DNA of 64,000 nucleotides from Plasmodiophora brassicae (Eukaryota): NCBI GenBank assembly GCA_036867785.1, contig CP145420.1, positions 1,054,001 to 1,118,000 of the forward strand, read 5' to 3'. Shown piece by piece: positions 55,594 to 64,000 of this stretch (position 1 is its first letter; each line of letters starts with the position of its first letter). The notes under the pieces were generated by a model. It saw only the letters and a program-made list of their open reading frames with translations, ran no database searches and was not told where the DNA came from. The position numbers and the translations under genes were made by a program.

Positions 55594-58420
55594 ATGGCGA
55601 CCATGACGACGACGCTGTTGGCGTTGATCGCGACCTGCGGGCCCGCGCTCGTCGTGCTCGGGTCGTCCGCTGTGCCCGTCAGCAGCCAGGATGCGACCGA
55701 CCCGGTCATCGTCCTTGAATCGGGCCGGATCGACACGCTGGCCGTGCCGCAGTTCGACGGCGCCCCGCACCCGTCGTCAGCGTTCGCCCAGATGACGTTC
55801 GCCCAGCGCCTGCTGTCGTCGACGCCCAGCACGCTCCTCGTGCAGGTGGAGCACGCGTCCAGCGCCGTCTCGGCGCGCCTCCAGGCCCAGCACCCGGGCA
55901 TCACCGTCGTGTCGTACCTGCCGAACAACGCGTTCCTGGTGTACGGCACGCACGCATCCGCCTGGCACCTGCGACGCCTGTCGCCCGATGTCCTCTGGGT
56001 CGGGCACCTGCCGACCGCCATGAAGATATCGCTGTCGCTGACCAAGTTCGCGTCGCCGGTCACCGATTCGGCGTCCTTCTTCGGCGTGGCCCCGCTCGGC
56101 GACCCGCTGCGCCAGCTCGTCGTCCAGACCACGTGCGACGCCACGCCCGACATCGTCAACCGGGTGCGGCGGGCGCTCGCCGCCGCCACCGACTCCTCCT
56201 CCTCCTCCACCGCCGTATCCGTCGTCGCGTTGCGCCCGAACCGCCTCCTCGTTCACGTCAGGGCAGGCGACTTGCTGTCCGCCGCGAAGATCATCGCCGA
56301 CGACCCCGCTGTCCACTGGGTCGAGCGACGCCTGCGCCACCAGTTCCTGAACCGCTGGGCACGAGGTAGTACCCTGTCGTACGCGCGAGTCGGGTTTCGC
56401 TGAGTGGCGGCGGCGGCCAGGGATCATGGCCAACGGCCTGAACGTGACGGCCAACTACCAAGGGCATCGCGACATCGTCACGTGGGACAACGGCCTCGAC
56501 GGCCAGGGGCAGATGGTCGGCCTGGGCGACAGCGGCATCGACAAGCGCAGCTGCTTCTTCGCGTCGCGATCGTGCGCGCTGGACGCCCTGCAGCACGCCT
56601 CCCAGGGCACGCACCTGTTCCCCGTCAACGTCGTCGACGACAGCGACAAGATCGCCATGTACGTCCCGTTCGCGGACAGCTCCGATGCCAGCGGCCATGG
56701 CACCCATGTGGCCGGCATCATGGCCGGCGACCCGCACCTTCCCGACGGCCACAAGGGCACGCTGCCGACGTTCGCAGGTGGGCGTCGCGCGACTCGCTCG
56801 TGCTGAGCGACCGCGTTGCTGACGTGCGTCGCCGACAGGGATGGCGCCTCAGGCGCGGATCGCGTTCGTCGACGTCGGGGACGACCAGGGCGTCGTACGC
56901 CTGCCCGATGACCTGCAGTCCGGGTACCTGGCGCCGCTGTACGACGCGGGCGCCCGAGTCATCATGAACGGATGGGGCGCGCAGGTCCCCCTGTACACAC
57001 ACGAAGCGCACGACATGGACGCGTTCATGTTCGACAACGCCGACGCCGTCATTGTGAACCCGGCGGGCAACGCCGGCGCCTGCAACGAGGAGGGCACGAT
57101 CGCCACGCCCGGCACGTCGAAGAACGGCGTCACGGTCGGCGCGTCGCTGTCGAACCAGATGGGGTACCGGAAGACCGACCTGGTCCCGGAAGGGTTCCAG
57201 TCGCACGGCGACCCGCACCTGACCGAGGCCAGCATCGCCGCGTTCAGCGGTGGGTCGTCGTTGTCTGGCGCGAATGTACGCGCCCCCGGGTTCTGACGAC
57301 GACGTTGGCGCAGGGAAGGGCCCGACGCAGGACGGGCGCATCAAGCCGGATCTGGTGGCGCCCGGTTACTTTGTGTACAGCGCCAACACGGGCGCGGGGC
57401 ACAACGGCTGCGACGGGCAACTCGGCGACATTGTGACGCCGAACGCGGGCACGTCGATGGCGGCGGGCGTCATGGCCGGTACGCTGGCCCTGGTGCGCCA
57501 GTACGTCACCGACGGGTTCTACAGCGGCGCCGGGCATCGCCGCCCCCGTCATGGGTTCACGCCGTCGGGGGCGCTGCTCAAAGCGCTTGCCATCAGCGGC
57601 GCCGTGCCGCTGAACGGCACCAGGCAGGTGTCCGACAATGGCATCATGGACCCGGCCCGGTGCCCGGCCGTGCATTTCACGGGCGTCCTGGGCGCCGCCG
57701 GCCTGCCGAACATCGACCAGGGCTGGGGGCGGACGCAGCTGGACCGCGTCCTGGCCTTCTCCGGCGACGACGTCGACTATTCGCTGCACATCATTGGCAG
57801 GAACAACCGGTACGTGCCGGTGGGTCGCGGCTCGCTGCGCGAGGCAGCGACTCATGCCTGGCAGGTCCGAGCGAACGTTCGGCGATCCGGAGATTGGCGA
57901 CGGCCAGGAGCACTTGTATCGGTTCTGCGCCCTCGAGACGCATACCGAGGTGAAGGTTACGCTGGTGTGGACGGACGCCCCGGCGACGTTAGGCGCCGGC
58001 CTGCAGCTGGTCAACGACCTGGACCTGCGCGTCCAGATCGACAAGACGGTCTACTGGGGCAACGACGTCGACCGCGGTGATCGACGCAACCCGGTGGAGC
58101 ATATCAGCGTGGAAACGCGGCGCCCGCTGACCGACGTGGTCGTCGGCGTCGAAGGCAGGCGCATCAGCGTCGGCGACGCGCAGGCGTACGCCCTCGTGGT
58201 GAACGGCCGGCCCATCTTGCACGGGCCATGCCGCCCGCATCACGAGATGCACGTCATCTTCAAGGACGATAATATGGACGTGGACGGGCACGCGTTCCGC
58301 CTACTGAACACGGCCAGGAAGATGAGGATCAGGGTGCCCAAAGCGTCCGCGTTTGGCGCACGCCCTGCCCGTCGGCTCCCGCTCTTGCTACTCTGCGCTG
58401 CTGCTGCGCTGCTCACATAG
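55594..58420 (+). CDS. secreted subtilisin-like S8 protease (KP-43/TagC-like), possible GPI tail
   Basis: Signal peptide and prodomain; catalytic triad GDSGID / HGTHVAG / GTSMAA; DGRIKPDLVAPG; TLVWTD..LVNDLDL; hydrophobic C-terminus. Confidence 0.9.
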
Positions 58421-58503
58421 CATAAACGGATACGCAACCGGGGAGTCGCTCATGAGGTGGCCAGCGTGGGGAAGCGCGTTCGCAGCCAACAAAAAGACCG
58501 TCA

Positions 58504-58575
58504 TACCACAAGCGTGGATTGAACACGCGGCCTACCGCTTACAAAGCGGGTGCGCTGCCACTGCGCCATTGTGGC
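58504..58575 (-). tRNA. trnT-UGU: tRNA-Thr (anticodon UGU), intronless
   Basis: GCCACAA TGGCGCAGTGGCAGCGC A CCCGC TTTGTAA GCGGT AGGCC GCGTG TTCAATC CACGC TTGTGGT A folds into a cloverleaf; a T5 Pol III terminator follows (plus-strand AAAAA at 58491-58495). Confidence 0.92.
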
Positions 58576-58638
58576 TGGAGTCGTGCTGAACGCCGCCGAC
58601 GTGGCGGTGAAGCGTCGTGTCGCATTTGCGCGCGCGTT

Positions 58639-59994
58639 TTAGTTGTGGGTCCCTGGCACGATTCGCGTCGCGTGCCGTGTGGCCACGATGCGGTGCACGA
58701 TGGAGTCGTCGGGGATGACGAACGCGGACACGAACAGGATGCCTTCGACGGTTTGCACGACGAGGCCGACCGACGAGCTGGCCAGGAGCGGGACGCTGCC
58801 CCTGTTCAGTACGGCGACCGCAATGCTCCAGACGAGATCGGCCATGCACAGGACGCCGACGACACCGCTCATGGCCGTTCGCGTCGCGAACCGGATGCGC
58901 CTGTCGGCGTCGCCCGGGGCACAAGCCCGCACCATGGTCGTGGACGCTAACGCGTTCGCCACGCGCCTTCCGTACACGATGAACATGGTCGAGATGGGCA
59001 GCGTGATCATCAGGTAGACGGCAATGATGTAGACGACGCTCGAGTCCTCTCGCTGCGCGACCGACACGTACACGGTGTTGCCGATATCGTAGGCGCAGGC
59101 CAGGGCGATGACGGCCGTGAGCGCGTGTACAACGCGGTCGCGCGTTGCGTGCCTCGCCTGCGAAAGCGCGCTGCTCTCCATGTCGTACATGGTGGCCGAC
59201 ATGGCCAGCGTCGTCAGGTAGTGGAACGGCAGGAACAGCGTCTGGTTCACGCGCCAGACGGTGTACGATAGGCCCTGCGACCTGCTCAACACGAAGTCGC
59301 CGGCGCGAATCGATCGGGACACGGACGCGATCGTCTGCGTGCAGAAGACGACGAACGACAGCAGTGGCATGGGGCGCAGGCGCAGGCGCGCGTCAACGAG
59401 GAACGCGAGCAGTTTACCGACGGCGTGCAGGCCCAGGAGCGCGCTCATGACGAACGTCAGCGAGTAGGCGACGACGATGACGGGCGAGGTTGTGGCCGCC
59501 TCCACTGGGCTGATGCCGCCCGACTCGATCGTGACGAGCGTGTCGGGGTCGGACGCCAGCAGCGATTGCAACGCGGGTCGAACGGGGTCGTCGGCAGCCA
59601 TGATGGGCACTGACGTGAACGGGTCGGGCGCGGCCGTCGGTTTGTAGACCCAGGGGCCCAGGTACCCGCTGGTGTCCCAGGCGCCCGTGCTGACCAGGCC
59701 CAGACAGGCGATACGCTCGCAGGCTCGCGCCTGCCTGACGGCATCGATCGACACGGCCAGCTCGACGAAGAGCAGGCGGGCGCGCCCCGCTTCCGGGTAC
59801 CTGAACGACGCCTGGTCGTCCTGGCCGACCAGGAACGGCCGGGCCGTCACCGAGAACGACGTGTTCGCAAACGAAAAGGTCACCGCGGTGAACGCGCCGA
59901 CGACGGTGCCGTTCCCGGACCGGAACGTGACGGTGCGGGCGCGGGCGCCAACGACCATCAGCAGCAGGAGCAGGAGCACGGTCGGACGACGCAT
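58639..59994 (-). CDS. signal peptide + extracellular (PA-like) domain + about 7 TM, GPCR-like protein
   Basis: MRRPTVLLLLLLMVVGARA signal, a ~150-aa ectodomain, then seven hydrophobic segments. Intronless. Confidence 0.65.
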   Translation of the reverse strand: MRRPTVLLLLLLMVVGARARTVTFRSGNGTVVGAFTAVTFSFANTSFSVTARPFLVGQDDQASFRYPEAGRARLLFVELAVSIDAVRQARACERIACLGLVSTGAWDTSGYLGPWVYKPTAAPDPFTSVPIMAADDPVRPALQSLLASDPDTLVTIESGGISPVEAATTSPVIVVAYSLTFVMSALLGLHAVGKLLAFLVDARLRLRPMPLLSFVVFCTQTIASVSRSIRAGDFVLSRSQGLSYTVWRVNQTLFLPFHYLTTLAMSATMYDMESSALSQARHATRDRVVHALTAVIALACAYDIGNTVYVSVAQREDSSVVYIIAVYLMITLPISTMFIVYGRRVANALASTTMVRACAPGDADRRIRFATRTAMSGVVGVLCMADLVWSIAVAVLNRGSVPLLASSSVGLVVQTVEGILFVSAFVIPDDSIVHRIVATRHATRIVPGTHN

Positions 59995-60174
59995 GGCACG
60001 ACGCGTCCTATTCGCTATTACGAGGCAGGTCGCCCGGTAGTACCATGGGACCTCCCCCGTCATCCATCGCGGTTTAGTGGGAAACGGCAGGCGGTACGTA
60101 TAAGGTGGACGGCGGGTGGGCCCTTGCCCGTCCATGCATTATAGGCGCGAGTGTGTACACGATGGGGACGACGG

Positions 60175-62224
60175 TCACTGTGGTGGTTTCCACAGCTGGG
60201 CGAACGGGTCGGCGGCGGGCGCCCCGGACGACGCCTTGGCGAACGGCGCCTGCGACGGGAACGGTTGGCCTTGGGCGGCGGGCGCCGGCGGCGGGTATCC
60301 CATGCCCGGGAGGAACGCTGCCTGCTGATGGGGCGGCGCGGCAGCGAACCCGCCGAACGGCGCCGCCTGCATGGCGTACGGTGCCGGAGCGAACCCGGCG
60401 CCGTACCCATACGCGCCCTGTGCCGGTGGGTACCCTACACACACACACACGGAGGGCCACACGTTCAGACCGAACGACGTCGTGGAGCAACAACGACCGT
60501 CTGTTCGTACCACCAAATGGCGCTGGGGCGGCTGGCTGCCCGAACGGTGCCTGCGACGGGTACCCGCCGAACGCGTTGTGGCCGGCCTGAGGCAGGGGCC
60601 GGATGGCGAGGTCGGTGCCGGTCGTGGCACCGGTGCGGTTGGTGGCGGCGATCTCGGCAAGCGATTTGCCCAGGGTGGCGGGCGGTGGCGCCGCCGCCTG
60701 CTTGACCGGGGCATGGGCGCGCAGGTCGGTCACGTCGATCAGGTTCGACCCGACGTTCCAGAACCCGTCCTTGCCCTTCGCATCGGCATCGTCGTCCGAG
60801 CCGATTTCCAGCGCATCGTCGAACGCGAACCCGCCCGTCTCGGCCGTCCCCTGCGGCGTCGACGGGTCGATCGGCGTCGGGGCGAAGATGTCGCCGCCCT
60901 GGAGCGACGGCTGGTCAATAAACGGGTGCGCGCGCGTGAACGACGCCACGTACCGATTCGATCATGAAGGAGGGGTCGTGGTGCGCAGGCGCCTGGCCCT
61001 GACCCTGCTGATGCTGCTGCTGGAAATCAAAGGCGGAGAGCCAATCGACGGGGGCAGCGCCCTGGCCGGTCAGCAGGTCGATCTGGGGCTTCGGCGCCAA
61101 GTTCGCCTGTGGCAGGGGTTAGAGAGCGGCCCCCGACCCAGATGACGAGAACACCGGGCGCCGACATTGCCCATGGCCGTTGTCACCCGCTGTACGTGCG
61201 CGTCGTCGTCGCCGCCGCCGCCGTCGTCGTCGGACAGCGACGACGCGAACGACGCCTGCTCCTCGTCCTTCTGCTCCGACTGCCGCTTCTTCCTGTTCTT
61301 CTTGTTCTTCTTCGCCTTCTCCTTCTTCGGTTTCGCATCGTCGCTGTCCTTCGTCTTGGACTTGCGCCTCGGCCTGTCCTTGCCGACGGCCGGTTCCGCC
61401 TGGACGAGGTTGTCGTCGGCGTCCGACCGCTGCGACAGCTCGCGCTGGTGCATCACCGGGCGATGGTACGGGCTGTTCGGCTGGTTGCTCGCGTGGTTCG
61501 TCGGCGATTGCACCGAATCACTGCACGTCGACGTCATCAGCGGGACGCTCCGGGCCAACGACATCCGTCCGGGCGGGCGCTGACCTGAACGCGCTCTGCA
61601 TCTGCGACGTGTACGTGCGCTCGTACCGTTCGCCCTGGCGCGACAGTGCGGCCACCTGCTTCTCCTTGCGCAGCTTCTCCAGCAGGTCGTCCTCGGTCAG
61701 CGCCCGCAGCACGTTCCTGGCCTGGTTCCGCACTGGCCCAGGGCCCACGTCAGTGTCGCATCGCACCGGGAGGAACGACGACGTGTGGCGCGCGCGTACC
61801 TTCGCCACCGACGTCCTCGTGTTCGCGGTAGAACTTGTACCCGGTCAGCCGCTTGATGACGTTCTTCTTCGTGCGCATGTCTGCCTCCCCAGCAGCGCGT
61901 CAGGGGGTCGTGCGCGCACCGTTACGCGCACATGGACGCACCTCGAACGAACCGGTCGTCGCCGTGTATGAGCAGGTACTCGCAGAGGATCAGCGATTTC
62001 AGGATGTGCGACGGTTGGTGCAGGTCGGTCAGGCGCTTCCAGAAGATGGAGAACATGGAGTTGTACGAGTACCGGTCGCGGGTGTCGTGCGAGATCCGCG
62101 CCAGCAGGCGCTCGTCGGCCCCGACCGGGTCGTTCGACGTCGCGTCCCGCACGCGCACCTGCACGTCGTCGTAGTCGAGGGCGACCTCCTTCGCCGCCCG
62201 CACCAACTTCTTCACCTGGTCCAT
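60175..62224 (-). CDS. ENTH-domain epsin/epsinR-like clathrin adaptor, multi-exon
   Basis: VRVRDATSNDPVGA..IFWKRL..HILKSLILCEYLLIHG, VRNQA..LRKEK; disordered tail with IDLL, LIDV and DPF motifs. Confidence 0.9.
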
Positions 62225-62290
62225 GGCGACCGGCGCCCCGATCCGTGAACGAACGTGGCAACGGTGCCCGCTGGTCGCGCAGCACTCTGA

Positions 62291-62338
62291 CTCACACTCA
62301 CTCACTCACTCACAACAGAGACAGACGAGAGAGAGAGA
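62291..62338. repeat. compound microsatellite (CTCA)n + (GA)n
   Basis: Visible directly in the divergent spacer between the epsin and J-protein genes. Confidence 0.85.
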
Positions 62339-62686
62339 GGCACAGCGAGCGACCACCGCCGCCGCCGGGGGGGTCCCCGCCCCGCCCCGCCCCATTTTGC
62401 CCAGCGGCCACCACTGGACCACTCGGCGCCGGGGCCCGGACTGACCAATGATTACCAGTCCCCACATGACGATCCTCTCTCGCAGGTGCCGACCCCACTC
62501 CACAGGCCCCGCCTACTATATACAGCGTTGGACTTATCGACACACACACACTCGACCGCGGTGATTGTACAAGGAGACGGTTTGGTTACGTGTGCCAAGA
62601 TTCGTCAGGGTCGCCCCGGGGCGTACCACCACCATGGTACGCCCACCTGGGTCGTGGGTGGGGTACCTGGGGCATTGCATCGCGGC

Positions 62687-64000
62687 ATGTTGCCGCCGAT
62701 AGCGTCGACGGGCGGCGAACCGACGCCGCACCATCACGCGCCGCCGCCGAGTCGGACGCAGCAGCGCCGCCAGGTCCACGATTGGCGGCGGCGGTACGCG
62801 AAAGCGAAGCACAGGGCGGACACGATCCGCGCCAAGACCAGCCAGCATCGGCACGCGGACGCGGCCGCAGGGCGAATGCCATCGGCACGGCCGACCACGG
62901 AGGACCTCCTGTTCGCCATACCGAGGCGGCACCGGATGGCATCCGATTCGGCCGCCCGTATCGAGCGCCTGCTGAGCAAGGCCGCCGAGCGACGCGCCAA
63001 CCAGTCGGCGGCATTCAGCACCACGCTGCAGGAGCGCCTGCACCGGCTCGATGCCGAGGCGCGGCGCGTCCAGACCGAGGCCGGTGAGCGCCACAGGCAA
63101 CGGCCCCGGGAGACGCCGCCCCGCAAGGTGCCGCCGATGGGCGAGAAACCGCCGACGCCCCCTCAGCAACAGCGTCCATCACCGCCGCCGCCGCCGCCGC
63201 CGCCACCACCACCCCCGGCACAACGCAAAGCGGAACAGCCCAAGGCGCCGGCGCCAGGGGACCCGACCAATCTGTCGAACGTCGAGCGGTTCTTCTACGA
63301 CGAAGAGGTCCGGAGGCGGGCGAAGGAGGAGCGCGATCGACGACGACAGACGCGGCAGGAACGATCCGGCGAGGACGCCATCCGCACGGCGAAGAAGGTC
63401 TGGGAGCGCATGCAGCGAGATGTCGAGGCGAAATGGGCATCGTACAAACCCGCGGTAACCCCAATGGTCCCTGTCGAGTGCCTCGTGTCGTCTGACGCTG
63501 ATTCCCCGGGACAGCAGCAGCAGCAGCAGCAGCAGCAGGGCCATGGGCGCCAGTCGCAGACGTACTCGTGCTCGGCGTCGGCGTCGGATAAATGGGCGAC
63601 GACGCCCGTTCGGGACCTGAAGGCGTTGCTGCGGGGCCTGGGCGTTCCCGACTCCACAATGCTCTGCATGGAGCGCGGCGAGATCATCGCGCTGCTCGAG
63701 AAGAAGAGCGCCGACCAAGCCGCCAAACAGGAACGTGCCGCGCGGCAGAGAGCAGAGGAGGAATGCAACGACCGGTTGCGATCCAAGGTAGTCTGAACCA
63801 GAACGCTGCGGTCCATGCAGCCTTGTCCTCAGTTGCAGGTGCAGATTGTATGCGAAGTGGACGAGTGGAGGAAGAACCGGACGCTGCGCTGGATGCTGAA
63901 CAGCCTGAACAGCGCCGCGCCGGGCCAGGCGCCGTACCTGCCGGCGAACGCATCGTTCGAGACGGTCTGCAAGGTGTACAAGCGGGCGCTGCTGAAGATC
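62687..64000 (+). CDS. auxilin-like C-terminal J-domain protein (runs off window end)
   Basis: Low-complexity poly-P/poly-Q/coiled-coil region. After an intron at about 63788-63838: EVDEWRKNRTLRWMLNSL...VCKVYKRALLKI, where HPD is expected next, beyond the window. Confidence 0.65.

Overview
Gene-dense, GC-rich eukaryotic nuclear DNA with short (~50-70 nt) GT-AG introns and very short intergenic spacers. The gene content (a centriole gene, many secreted ankyrin proteins, a TreT-like trehalose enzyme) resembles a plasmodiophorid protist such as Plasmodiophora brassicae; this assignment is an inference. About 37 protein-coding loci can be supported, including C2CD3, FEN1, PrpF, a hemerythrin, a DnaJB, RPS24, an MFS sugar porter, CDC50, a GH5 endoglycoceramidase-like enzyme, GGTase-I beta, a GT4 trehalose synthase, Ap4A phosphorylase, a PPR protein, GT61, TSG101, an S8 subtilase, a 7TM protein, an epsin and an auxilin-like J protein, plus one tRNA-Thr(UGU). 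Most notable: (i) five dispersed paralogs encoding signal peptide + SKP1/BTB-like domain + ankyrin repeats, all with the same intron; (ii) a signal-peptide protein with a PP1-docking RVxF motif and a CBM21 domain; (iii) an unexplained ~350-nt intergenic fold-back at 47.5-47.85 kb with minus-strand-biased G-U pairing; (iv) a SET-less trithorax-like gene head-to-head with an AT-hook/Myb gene; (v) single-lesion disruptions (16-bp duplication, frameshifted GH16 relic, early in-frame TAG). Exon boundaries and family assignments were made by eye, with no database search.
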